Shown: in pieces, positions 47,840 through 56,996 of the stretch
How positions within the stretch are numbered: the stretch's first letter is position 1
Layout: each line of letters starts with the position of its first letter
Position numbers and translations under genes: made by a program
Sequence record: SRR31156797_1175
Strand: one strand, 5' to 3'
DNA: 56,996 bases
Notes under the pieces: generated by a model
Databases searched by the model: none
What the model saw: the letters and a program-made list of their open reading frames with translations, nothing else
What the model was told of the DNA's origin: nothing

Positions 47840-48853
47840 ATGGCGGAATTATTAGAGAATTATTCTCTTAAAAAACACAATACCTTTGGAATAGAGGCGA
47901 AAGCCAGATATTTCTTTCGTTTTTCTTCAACCGAAGAATTGAGCACTTTCATGCAAAACAATGAAATTGCTAACACCAGTTACTTAATTTTAGGCGGTGG
48001 TAGCAACATGTTGTTCACCGAAGATTTTGATGGATTGATATTGCATCCCGATATAAAAGGAATCGAACTCCTTGATGAAGATGAAGACAGTGTATTACTG
48101 CGCGTTGGTTGCAACGAAGAGTGGGATGAATTTGTTGGATGGGCTGTTGACAACAACCTTTATGGAATCGAAAATCTTTCTTTAATTCCGGGTGTTGTAG
48201 GTGCAGCTCCTGTGCAAAACATTGGTGCTTATGGTGTTGAAGCAAAGGAAGTAATTGAAAATGTTGAAGCCATTTCTATTGAAAGCAAACAACCGGTAGT
48301 TTTTAGCAATATGCATTGCGAATTCGATTACCGAAATTCAGTTTTCAAGAAAGAATACAAAAATCTCTTTGTCATTACTCACGTTCAGTTTCGCTTGAAA
48401 AAGAAAGCCGAATTAAAAATTCATTATGGTGCCATAAGTAAAGAACTGGAGGCTTATGACGAAGTAAACTTGAAAAACATTCGTGAGGTAATTATCAAAA
48501 TTCGCGAAAGTAAATTACCTGATCCAGAAGAATTGGGTAATGCTGGTAGTTTTTTCAAAAACCCTGTTGTGGATAAAGAAAAAGCTGATGCCTTAAAAGA
48601 AAAGTACGAAAACATGCCTGTTTATAAGGTGAACGATTCGGAAACAAAAATTGCAGCCGGATGGTTAATTGAGCAATGCGACTGGAAAGGCAAACGATTT
48701 GGTGATGCAGGTGTCCATAAAGATCAGGCATTGGTTTTGGTGAATCATGGCAATGCGAAAGGCTACGAAATTTTGAAATTAGCCAACGATATTCGAAAAT
48801 CTGTTCTCTTTAAATTCGGCATTAAGCTGGAAATGGAAGTCAACGCGATATAA
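47840..48853 (+). CDS. murB: UDP-N-acetylmuramate dehydrogenase
   Basis: HNTFGI, LGGGSN, ENLSLIPG..GAAPVQNIGAYG, GNAGSFFKNP, QALVLVN. Confidence 0.97.
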   Translation: MAELLENYSLKKHNTFGIEAKARYFFRFSSTEELSTFMQNNEIANTSYLILGGGSNMLFTEDFDGLILHPDIKGIELLDEDEDSVLLRVGCNEEWDEFVGWAVDNNLYGIENLSLIPGVVGAAPVQNIGAYGVEAKEVIENVEAISIESKQPVVFSNMHCEFDYRNSVFKKEYKNLFVITHVQFRLKKKAELKIHYGAISKELEAYDEVNLKNIREVIIKIRESKLPDPEELGNAGSFFKNPVVDKEKADALKEKYENMPVYKVNDSETKIAAGWLIEQCDWKGKRFGDAGVHKDQALVLVNHGNAKGYEILKLANDIRKSVLFKFGIKLEMEVNAI

Positions 48854-48870
48854 TTAAAATATCTTGATAT

Positions 48871-48912
48871 AAAAAGACCTGACAGGTGTTGAAAACCTGT
48901 CAGGTCTTTTTT
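48871..48912. terminator. Bidirectional terminator / REP-like palindrome between murB and mltG
   Basis: AAAAAGACCTGACAGGT-gttgaaa-ACCTGTCAGGTCTTTTT, a 17-bp perfect stem. Confidence 0.85.
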
Positions 48913-48956
48913 ATTTATTAGTAAAGGCAATACCTTGGCTTTACATGTTTTATATC

Positions 48957-50027
48957 TTATTTCATAATTCCACGCTTATTTAAAGCATTCTGATAGTTTC
49001 TAGCATTTCTATTGTGCTGTCGAAGTGTACGTGCGAAGATGTGATATCCAGAAAAATCGGGATTGGCACAGAAATAAATGTACTTGTGTTTTTCGTAATT
49101 CAAGACTGCATTCAGTCCCGAAACCGAAGCTTGTCGTATTGGTCCCGGAGGTAAACCTCTGTATTTATACGTATTGTAAGGGGAGTCTATTCTCTTGTGT
49201 TTGTTTAAAACTCGTTTAATGCTAAAATCGCCTAAAGCAAATTTAAGAGTTGGATCTGCATCTAACTTTATTCTTCGATTCAAGCGATTCATATACACGC
49301 CCGCTACTCGGGATTTTTCATCGCTCTTAATGGTTTCTTCATCAACAATAGATGCCAAAATACTTACCTCTGCAGGTGACAATCCAATTTTCTCCGCCTT
49401 TCTCATTCTATCGGCATTCCAAAATCGGGAATACTCTTTATACATTCTATCCATAAAGGATTTCGAATCTGTATTCCAATACAATTGATAGGTGTTCGGA
49501 ATAAACATCCCGATTACTGTTTCTGGCTTGAATCCATATTTAGCGATCAATTGCTTATCGCGTAAACTGGTTAATATGCTTATAGAATCTGCCTCAATTT
49601 GCGCGGCAATCTTCCCCGCAAAATCCTCCAAGGTTCTGGTATTGTTAAAGGTCAGTTGAATAGGAACCTGCGAGCCTGATCTTAGCAAGTCAACCAAATC
49701 ATTATTACACATTCCATTTTTAATCAGAAAGCGACCAGAATGTATGTGACGAGCGTAATTCTTCTTATTCATCACCCACTCCAATGAATTGATATTCTTA
49801 ATGCATTCCTCTTTTTCTAAAATGGCAAGTAAATCCTCTTGACTCGCACCTGTTGGAATGTATACGAATGTACTTTGTTTGTCCCCTAAATCAATATTTG
49901 TGGAAAATATTTTCATGTAAAAATTGAACAGGATAGCTCCTGTTACAATCAAAATCAACATGATTACTGCAATTAAAACTTTCCATTTTCCTGAACGAAT
50001 ATCGCGTAGACGCAAAAGATTTATCAT
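48957..50027 (-). CDS. mltG: Endolytic transglycosylase MltG (YceG family)
   Basis: N-terminal TM, ILASIVDEE, VAGVYMNRL, ADPT, SPYNTYKYRGLPPGPI. Confidence 0.95.
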   Translation of the reverse strand: MINLLRLRDIRSGKWKVLIAVIMLILIVTGAILFNFYMKIFSTNIDLGDKQSTFVYIPTGASQEDLLAILEKEECIKNINSLEWVMNKKNYARHIHSGRFLIKNGMCNNDLVDLLRSGSQVPIQLTFNNTRTLEDFAGKIAAQIEADSISILTSLRDKQLIAKYGFKPETVIGMFIPNTYQLYWNTDSKSFMDRMYKEYSRFWNADRMRKAEKIGLSPAEVSILASIVDEETIKSDEKSRVAGVYMNRLNRRIKLDADPTLKFALGDFSIKRVLNKHKRIDSPYNTYKYRGLPPGPIRQASVSGLNAVLNYEKHKYIYFCANPDFSGYHIFARTLRQHNRNARNYQNALNKRGIMK

Positions 50028-50295
50028 TTGTTTAGTGTTGAATGAGAATACTAAGTTCGCAAAAATAAAAGAAATAATCAGATCATATTGTTCTTAGAAA
50101 AGATTCTGATAAAAACATATTTATAAATAATCATACCTCTGCCTAGCGGCATCTCCCTTAAAAGGGAGAAAACCATCTCTATACACTCATAAAATAATAC
50201 AAATTCATCATTTAACTGATAAGTGTTAACCCATAATTGTTCCCTGATAACTGAGAATTATTATCTTTGGGATGCACACAATTAAAACAACGCAC

Positions 50296-51423
50296 ATGAA
50301 CATTTCAGCCAATTTTGATAGTGGTAAGATTAAAGTAATCGATGCTACTGATCCTCAAAATATTCAACTTGTAATTCCTAATGATACCAATTCGGAACAT
50401 TTCCAGTGGTTTCATTATCGCCTAAGCGGAATGCAAGGTCAAGCCGTAAAAATGACCATTACCAATGCACACGAAGCATCTTATCCTGAGGGATACGAAG
50501 CATATTATACCGTTGCATCCTACGACAGAGAACATTGGTTTAGAGTACCTACTTTTTACAATGGCAAAGAACTAACCATTGAGCACACTCCAGAGTTCAA
50601 CTCGGTATATTACGCTTATTTTGCGCCTTACACCTACGAGCAACATTTAGATTTGGTTCACAATGCACAACTATCACAAGAGTGTGAATTGATTTCTATC
50701 GGTCAAACTATAGAAGGGAAAAATATCGACATGTTAATTGTTGGTGAAGCGGATGAAGCGAAGAAAAAGGTTTGGGTGATTGCTCGTCAGCATCCGGGAG
50801 AAAGTATGGCTGAATGGTTCATGCAAGGCTTAATTAGTAAATTATTAGATGAAGATGATCCTGTATCGAGAACCTTGTTGAACAAAGCTGTTTTTTACAT
50901 TGTTCCTAACATGAATATCGACGGAAGTATTGCTGGAAATCTACGTGTTAACACCAAAGGATTTAACTACAACAGAGAATGGGCAGAACCAAGTATTGAG
51001 AATAGTCCTGAAGTTTTCCATGTTCGCAATCTAATGGACGAATACGGATGCGATTTGAACCTGGACATTCATGGTGACGAAGCTTTACCATATAATTTCA
51101 TTTCGGGTATAGAAGGCATCCCTTCTTTCAATGAAAAATTGAAAAATTTAACAGAAAATTTCATTGGTACATGGATAGATACTTGCCCTGATTTTCAGGA
51201 CACTCACGGCTATCCAAAGAACGAACCTGGCAAAGGAAACTTAGCAATTTGTTCAAAACACATTGGAGAACGATTTAAATGTTTATCTTTGACCATCGAA
51301 ATGCCATTCAAGGACAATAATGATTTACCAGAACCTGAATGTGGTTGGTCTCCAGACCGAAGCATTTTACTGGGAGAATCGGTTCTTCAACCAATTCTTA
51401 AAGTGGTAGATCACCTAAGATAA
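50296..51423 (+). CDS. M14 cytosolic-type zinc carboxypeptidase (CCP/Nna1-like)
   Basis: ISANFDSG, QWFHY, YFAPY, ARQHPGE, NREW, DIHGDE. TATCTTTG at 50262-50269 favours ATG 50296. Confidence 0.9.
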   Translation: MNISANFDSGKIKVIDATDPQNIQLVIPNDTNSEHFQWFHYRLSGMQGQAVKMTITNAHEASYPEGYEAYYTVASYDREHWFRVPTFYNGKELTIEHTPEFNSVYYAYFAPYTYEQHLDLVHNAQLSQECELISIGQTIEGKNIDMLIVGEADEAKKKVWVIARQHPGESMAEWFMQGLISKLLDEDDPVSRTLLNKAVFYIVPNMNIDGSIAGNLRVNTKGFNYNREWAEPSIENSPEVFHVRNLMDEYGCDLNLDIHGDEALPYNFISGIEGIPSFNEKLKNLTENFIGTWIDTCPDFQDTHGYPKNEPGKGNLAICSKHIGERFKCLSLTIEMPFKDNNDLPEPECGWSPDRSILLGESVLQPILKVVDHLR

Positions 51424-51459
51424 TAAACGATTATACTTTACTAATAAGTATATTACTCG

Positions 51460-51499
51460 AAAGGCCCATACTCAAGCTTCCGTGAGCGTGGGCTTTTTT
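51460..51499 (+). terminator. Rho-independent terminator
   Basis: AAAGGCCCATACTCA...TGAGCGTGGGCTTTTTT stem with G-U pairs. Confidence 0.75.
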
Positions 51500-51568
51500 A
51501 TTTCTCCATTTCACACAATATTCAGGCTCGATTCTTGTTATCATTTTTTATATTTTTAGAATCGAATC

Positions 51569-52549
51569 ATGAATACAAATATGAAATACAAGATAAAAAC
51601 ACTCCTCACCTTCCTATTCGCTATTTTAATTTTTCAGGTACAAGCACAAGTAGATAAAATTGTTGCTCAATATCCGAATCATTTTGCTTCAACCAATGAG
51701 TTGGTCAGTAAAATTGAGAATGATTTTAAAACCGATAAAGACAAAGCCAATGCAGCTTTTAGCTGGATTGCCATGCATGTGGCTTACGACACCAAACAAG
51801 TTAACCGTCCGCAACGAGTTCGCTTTTCGTACCGAACAGAAGAAGAGTTGGCTGCAAAAAAAAGACAATTTCGAATCGATCTGGCTGAACGTAGCCTGAA
51901 AAAGAAAAAAGCATTGTGCGAAGGTTATTCGACCCTTTATCAGGAATTGTGCAATCAGATGAACATTGAATGTGAAATTGTTCCCGGTACTGCCCGCAGG
52001 TATGTTTCGGAAATTGGTAATGAAAACCTTCCTTCGAATCATGCCTGGAATGCTGTAAAAATTAATGGTAAGTGGCTATTGCTTGACGTTACCTGGGCTG
52101 CCGGATGGGTCGATTATTCCAAGATGAAATTCAACAAGGAATATTCTCCTGCATACTTCGCATCGTCGCCAGAAGAGTTTGCCATGAAACATTATCCCGA
52201 TGATCAAAAATGGTTGCTTACACAAAAAATTCAGAACACTTCCGATTTTGCACTTCAGCCCATTGCATTTAAAGCTTTTTTAGGTAATGATATTCAGTTG
52301 ATCTCCCCACAAAAAGGCATTCAAAATATTAAAAAAGGTACTGCTCTTGAGTTTCAATTTTTAAATGTAGCCGAAGGAACCGAAGTTGCTTATCATTTTA
52401 AAAGAGACAAGTTTGGACAAAAAGTAAAAGCCATCCGGAAGAATGATTCCTTAATTTTTAAAATCTATCCTGAATTTAAAGGCTCTGATGAGTTGGTGAT
52501 CTATTTCAACAATGAACCAGCCTTAGGCTATAAAGTTAAAGTAAAGTAG
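51569..52549 (+). CDS. Secreted transglutaminase-like (Cyk3/KY-type) protein
   Basis: Signal peptide and catalytic triad motifs ALCEGYS, NHAWNAV, LDVTW. Confidence 0.88.
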   Translation: MNTNMKYKIKTLLTFLFAILIFQVQAQVDKIVAQYPNHFASTNELVSKIENDFKTDKDKANAAFSWIAMHVAYDTKQVNRPQRVRFSYRTEEELAAKKRQFRIDLAERSLKKKKALCEGYSTLYQELCNQMNIECEIVPGTARRYVSEIGNENLPSNHAWNAVKINGKWLLLDVTWAAGWVDYSKMKFNKEYSPAYFASSPEEFAMKHYPDDQKWLLTQKIQNTSDFALQPIAFKAFLGNDIQLISPQKGIQNIKKGTALEFQFLNVAEGTEVAYHFKRDKFGQKVKAIRKNDSLIFKIYPEFKGSDELVIYFNNEPALGYKVKVK

Positions 52550-52619
52550 TTCGGCTTTAAGGTGCAATCTTATTTGTTGTAAGACTTTGTTTATCACTAA
52601 TAAATCAACTTCTTTACTT

Positions 52620-52995
52620 AAAACTTACACATCTTCGATAAAATGCTACTGCTCTGTAATGTGTTGGTTCATCTTTAAGTATTGTCGACACTTCCCTTAG
52701 ACTTGTTGTTACAAGCCAAAGCTTTGTTCTTGCTACTTTATCTTTTGCAGACAAAAGCCAATGCCATTCCGAAAGAAGCCAAACTCTTGTCGTTACATCC
52801 CAATGCCTTGTCGCTACACCTCTATGTCTTGTCGTCGCTTCCCTAAGGCTTGTCGGCACTCCTTTAACAATCCGCGTCGTCGACAACACTTAAATGTATA
52901 CCTACAATGCTTAAAGTAGCCTCGACCATTTATAAATGCAGGCTTACCATCTTCAGATTAGCAACCAACAATCTTAAACTTCTAAGCAAAAACAA
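52620..52995. repeat. Degenerate 21-bp-period tandem array (decayed heptad-repeat ORF)
   Basis: (C/T/A)TTG(T/C) units start at 52681, 52702, 52723, 52744, 52786, 52807, 52828 and 52849. TAAA units start at 52891, 52912, 52933 and 52975. Confidence 0.75.
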
Positions 52996-53065
52996 AAGAA
53001 GCCTTCCCACGATTGAGAAAGCTTCAACTTTATACGATAAACTTGTTCCCTCGAGCGAATAAAAA

Positions 53066-54112
53066 TTAATTCTCCTCTCTAAAGAACAGTTTGTAATAAC
53101 TTAAATCGCGAGCTGCATCGTATCCTTTTTCGATAAACTTACGCTGTCCGTGAATATATACATGGAAATTCTTATCCAATTTTAGGATGTGCTTAAAGTA
53201 TCGCTGCTCACCTTTAACTGCATCATTACTGATGTCGAATTCCGGCTCAATAGCAGTATTGTGCTCATTCTGATAGTAATCTTTGTATTCTTCGAAGGCA
53301 GAAGCTACCTCAGGTTCCTCAATCACTTCCTGCTTGAACAAATCCTCGTTAAATTCTTTCTTATCCTTAAAAAAGTTGATCGACTTGTTCATTAAATCAA
53401 TCTGATCTGCCTTTGCAACTTCATTTTCGTCGTTGTAAACATCACCAATAAATCCCTTACACATGTCCAAATAGTTTTGGGTGTGATAGAAATTATCTTC
53501 TCTCAGTTTCAAATCCAAAAATTCGTCTTTCCAATACACAGCATCCTTGTTAGGATTGGTTTTATCAACGATACAAACCTTAAAACCTTTGTCTTTTTCG
53601 GTATTGAATATCAAACAACCTTTATCCAATTTCTTGATGTTGATACCATGTTCGCATCCCAACTCAAAATTCTCCTGCTTTTGATACACTTTCAGGAAGG
53701 TATCCTTATTCTCCGATTTAAAAATACCAAGAGCGTCGCACACCTCTCCATCGACCACACAGCCTGAGAAAGCCACCAAGTAAAACTCTCCCCCTTTAAT
53801 ATTCGGGTGATTCGACTTCTCGAACAAATGAACAGCAATACTGGTAGATTGATCGTAAAAACTCTCATTATTCTCAAAATATTCCGAAGCATAACAATAC
53901 ACTTCGTTCATGCTTAAACCAGCTTCATTCTGGAAATGATAAAACTCCTCCTTGTTAAAAGCAGTCAAAAAATACTTTAACAGGATATCTCTAACATCTT
54001 CATCTTCAATCTGAATTTCTGATTTTGAAAGTTTCAGATCTTCTTCTAAATGCTTGTTACCAACATTATGAACCACAATACGGTCCAGATTTATATCATC
54101 AAAATTAAACAT
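53066..54112 (-). CDS. Nucleoid-associated protein (NdpA/YejK-like, Bacteroidota type)
   Basis: IVVHNVGNK, SNHPNIKGGEFY, GIFKSENKD, KLDKGCLIFN, YWKDEFL, KLDKNFHVYIHG. Confidence 0.85.
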   Translation of the reverse strand: MFNFDDINLDRIVVHNVGNKHLEEDLKLSKSEIQIEDEDVRDILLKYFLTAFNKEEFYHFQNEAGLSMNEVYCYASEYFENNESFYDQSTSIAVHLFEKSNHPNIKGGEFYLVAFSGCVVDGEVCDALGIFKSENKDTFLKVYQKQENFELGCEHGINIKKLDKGCLIFNTEKDKGFKVCIVDKTNPNKDAVYWKDEFLDLKLREDNFYHTQNYLDMCKGFIGDVYNDENEVAKADQIDLMNKSINFFKDKKEFNEDLFKQEVIEEPEVASAFEEYKDYYQNEHNTAIEPEFDISNDAVKGEQRYFKHILKLDKNFHVYIHGQRKFIEKGYDAARDLSYYKLFFREEN

Positions 54113-54214
54113 GTACTATATATTTAAGAACGCCACAAAGATACTCACTTTCGTTAAATAATAAATTTACTTTTTCACATATCAATATCTATTGCTAGAT
54201 TTAGCTAAACTAAA

Positions 54215-54910
54215 ATGCTCAACATGTCTAAATTTTATCTTCTAAGCATTGTCTTATCAGTCTTATTCATTGGAAAAATGCAAGCACAACAAACAGAACA
54301 AGTCTCGAAATTAGGTGTTAAATATCTTGAATACTTTCCCGAAATTAACGAAGATGATGAGAACTTGCCTTTATTAATATTCCTACATGGAATGGGTGAA
54401 AGAGGCGATGATTTGACTAAATTAAAACTTCATGGACCGCCATCATTTTTAGATGAGAAGAAAGATTTTCCATTCATCACTATTTCTCCACAATGTCCGG
54501 ATACAACCGTATGGAATGAGGAAATTTTACTACCATTTTACGAAGAAATAATCGAAAAATATCCTGTAGATAAAAAGAGGATTTACCTTAGCGGATTAAG
54601 CATGGGAGGATTCGGGACCTGGGAATCGATTGTTGCCAAACCTGATTTATTCGCAGCCGCTGCACCCATTTGTGGTGGTGGAGATCCAAGTAAACTTGAG
54701 GCTGTAAAATCTATGCCTATATGGGTATTTCACGGTGCGAAAGATCAAGTTGTGCCTCTTTTAAGATCAGAAGAGATGGTGAATAAACTTAAAGAAGTAG
54801 GCAGCAAAGTAAAATTTACGATATATCCAGAGGCTACTCACGACTCATGGACGGAGACCTATTCTAATCCTAAACTGTACGAATGGCTTTTATCCCACCA
54901 AAAGAAATAA
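54215..54910 (+). CDS. Secreted alpha/beta-hydrolase (esterase/peptidase-like)
   Basis: PLLIFLHGMGERG, GLSMGG nucleophile elbow, FHGAKDQVV, HDSW. Confidence 0.88.
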   Translation: MLNMSKFYLLSIVLSVLFIGKMQAQQTEQVSKLGVKYLEYFPEINEDDENLPLLIFLHGMGERGDDLTKLKLHGPPSFLDEKKDFPFITISPQCPDTTVWNEEILLPFYEEIIEKYPVDKKRIYLSGLSMGGFGTWESIVAKPDLFAAAAPICGGGDPSKLEAVKSMPIWVFHGAKDQVVPLLRSEEMVNKLKEVGSKVKFTIYPEATHDSWTETYSNPKLYEWLLSHQKK

Positions 54911-54924
54911 GAAGAATCTATATT

Positions 54925-54957
54925 AGTTGCTCAGAATCCAGGAGATTCTAAGCAACT
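54925..54957. terminator. Bidirectional hairpin between convergent genes
   Basis: AGTTGCTCAGAATC...GATTCTAAGCAACT stem with one mismatch. Confidence 0.7.
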
Positions 54958-54967
54958 TCTTTGTAAA

Positions 54968-56485
54968 TCACGCTCTTCTTTTTCTCTGTTTTCTATACAG
55001 CAAATAGCCAACTATTAAAATCCATAAAATGGATAATCCTGCAATAGGAATAAACAGAATATAAAATTTGCCAAAAATGTATTGGTAAATTCTTCCGGTA
55101 TGGATCTCTAAACAAAGATTCCATAAAGACATCCTACTTCTTTCAATTTCCTGAGGCATTTGAGGAAAACCATTATTGTCGGAAAGATTGCCCGCTCCAA
55201 GATTGTAATCAAATAATATTTCCTTCCCCTCGGCATCTTTTAAATATCCCGCAATGGGATGAGCGGCAATAGGTGGTCCCATTCTTTTTACCGGAACATG
55301 TGGTTTTTTGGTAATGTAATCGAATACCAGATTTCGTTCGGGCATCCAGTAAAATATTCCACTGAATGAACCAATTAGATATTGTCCTTTACCAGCTTTT
55401 TCAAGAACATTAACGCCCATAACCGATATTGGTGGTTGAGCTAAGTATTTTTGTGGAGGTGATGTAAAGAAATTATCACTGTAATAAATTCCTTCGTTGG
55501 TAGCCAGAACAATGCGGTTTAATTCCTCATCGTAAATTGCTCGTCGCAACTGATCGTACCATGGGTTGGGATGATCGAGGTGAGTAAATGGAATTTTATC
55601 AACACGTCCACTTGCAATGGCAATCAACAATGGTGGACGTAAGAACATTCCGGTAAGAGTGCTTAAAATTAAAAAGATGATTAACCAGTTTCCCAAATGA
55701 TTGTGCCATTTTAAATTGAATTTTAAGAAACGAACTTTTCTTTTAGCTCCACCTCCCCGTTTCTTAATTCTTTTAATCCATTTGGGAAAGAGAAAATAAA
55801 CCAGTCCGCTAAAACTCAAAAATAGAAATACAAGTCCAAGAAAATCAACAAATAGTTTTCCTAATATTCCAAATGCTTCACCACTGTGAATCTCCCAAAG
55901 GGTTCTAAACACACTTGTTTTCCCGTCATAATCGTCACTTGCCTGAATTTCAATAAGCTGAAATCCTGATTCGCTTTGTTTTAACAAATTGCTTCTGGTT
56001 AGGACATACAAATTCGTATCAACTTCCATTAAATCAACAACCCGCATTTCATCTACTGGCAATTCAATCTTATTCCATTTCTGATTCACTAATTGATACA
56101 GACCAAACAAGGTACCTGCATAAATTTCACCTGAGGAAGTCCGAATCATTTTCTCAATCTTTCTATTATCTACCCCCTTTGGAAATCCACTATTATAATC
56201 AGAATAAGTTCGAAAATTATCCGATGTTTTCCAAACACCAATATTCCCATAAATTAATGCAGTATCTCCATTCAATTGAATAGCTGATTTTACAGCAGCT
56301 TTGTTCCAATTCTTATACTGATACTCGTTTCCCAAATACTTTCTATTCACATCAATAGACGAAAACAGACCACGATGATTCATAATGATTCCAGAAATGG
56401 AAAAAAAGATAATGAATAAGGTAAAAACAAGAGAAGGATACTTGTGATACTTTTTTAGAAAAGAGATAGTTTTATTGGCAGCCAT
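54968..56485 (-). CDS. PepSY-associated TM helix domain membrane protein
   Basis: KKYHKY...SGIIMNH, LWEIHSG, KWHNHLG...TGMFL, LEIHTG, a duplicated His-bearing TM pattern. Confidence 0.8.
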   Translation of the reverse strand: MAANKTISFLKKYHKYPSLVFTLFIIFFSISGIIMNHRGLFSSIDVNRKYLGNEYQYKNWNKAAVKSAIQLNGDTALIYGNIGVWKTSDNFRTYSDYNSGFPKGVDNRKIEKMIRTSSGEIYAGTLFGLYQLVNQKWNKIELPVDEMRVVDLMEVDTNLYVLTRSNLLKQSESGFQLIEIQASDDYDGKTSVFRTLWEIHSGEAFGILGKLFVDFLGLVFLFLSFSGLVYFLFPKWIKRIKKRGGGAKRKVRFLKFNLKWHNHLGNWLIIFLILSTLTGMFLRPPLLIAIASGRVDKIPFTHLDHPNPWYDQLRRAIYDEELNRIVLATNEGIYYSDNFFTSPPQKYLAQPPISVMGVNVLEKAGKGQYLIGSFSGIFYWMPERNLVFDYITKKPHVPVKRMGPPIAAHPIAGYLKDAEGKEILFDYNLGAGNLSDNNGFPQMPQEIERSRMSLWNLCLEIHTGRIYQYIFGKFYILFIPIAGLSILWILIVGYLLYRKQRKRRA

Positions 56486-56689
56486 TTAATCTGTTTAATT
56501 TGTACAAGATAGTAAAACAAAAAACTACCTGAAAAGAACTTCTACAAGTACTAATCAGGCAGTATTCTTCTAACCCTAAAATCTTTCTAATTCAATAAAA
56601 ATTAGATCAAAGTAAAAAGCATTCCGGAAACAAAAACTCCTCGTTCCTCACCCAAATCCAGAATGCTTTTTATATAGTTTGAAACTCTA

Positions 56690-56996
56690 CTAGTTCAAGA
56701 ACATTTTCATGTCTTCGTCTACAGTACCGATTCCGCCAATTCCGAATGTATCAATTAATACTTTAGCTACGTTTGGAGAAAGGAAAGCTGGCAATGTAGG
56801 TCCCAGGTGAATGTTCTTAACACCTAAAGAAAGAAGCGCTAACAATACAATAACCGCTTTTTGCTCGTACCAAGCAATGTTGTATGCAATTGGCAACTCA
56901 TTGATATCGTTCAATTCAAATACTTCCTTCAATTTCAATGCGATAACTGCTAATGAATATGAGTCGTTACACTGACCTGCATCTAATACTCTTGGA
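56690..56996 (-). CDS. hcp: Hydroxylamine reductase / hybrid-cluster protein (3' end; starts beyond the window)
   Basis: The frame extends to the edge: [15 protein letters not shown]...[10 protein letters not shown]...[14 protein letters not shown]. Confidence 0.95.
   Translation of the reverse strand, partial: PRVLDAGQCNDSYSLAVIALKLKEVFELNDINELPIAYNIAWYEQKAVIVLLALLSLGVKNIHLGPTLPAFLSPNVAKVLIDTFGIGGIGTVDEDMKMFLN

Noticed and set aside
52614-52889. 91-aa ORF as a bona fide gene, or the repeat tract as a CRISPR array
   Set aside because: The start is non-ATG, composition is atypical and the heptad register continues upstream across a frameshift and a stop. There are no identical repeats with unique spacers and no cas genes. 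Kept as a repeat finding only.
1-56996. rRNA, tRNA, riboswitch, prophage, integrase or IS elements
   Set aside because: No recognisable sequences or motifs. Intergenic gaps are short and AT-rich. A covariance-model search was not possible, so small ncRNAs cannot be excluded.

Overview
AT-rich bacterial chromosomal window, almost certainly Bacteroidota (SusC/SusD, a T9SS C-terminal domain, TAnnTTTG promoters). The gene content suggests a marine Marinifilaceae-like organism, which is an inference. The first ~16.7 kb is an alpha-glucan (starch/maltodextrin) utilization locus. Its - arm is GH65 maltose phosphorylase (cut by the window edge), beta-phosphoglucomutase, an MFS transporter and a LacI regulator. 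Its + arm is susC, susD, a susE-like gene, a Fn3-extended susF-like gene and a T9SS-secreted GH13 with three 105-aa Ig-like repeats. Next come a secreted protein with three EF-hand-like repeats, orphan histidine kinases, and an NtrC-type two-component system facing a sigma-54-driven MacB-type ABC transporter. An unusual ~1146-aa protein follows, made of two complete tandem OadA/PycB/5S-type carboxyltransferase domains with no biotin carrier. The remainder is mostly housekeeping: CvfB, C69 dipeptidase, ABC-F, eukaryote-type citrate synthase, ROK kinase, GluP, AraC, ltaE, murB, mltG, M14 carboxypeptidase, a nucleoid-associated protein, a PepSY-TM protein and the 3' end of hcp. Non-coding items of note are a monooxygenase/glutathione-peroxidase deletion scar, a degenerate 21-bp-period array at ~52.62-53.0 kb, and a motif shared between the two PUL leader regions. 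No rRNA, tRNA, CRISPR array or transposase was seen. All assignments come from motif recognition by eye; no database searches were run.
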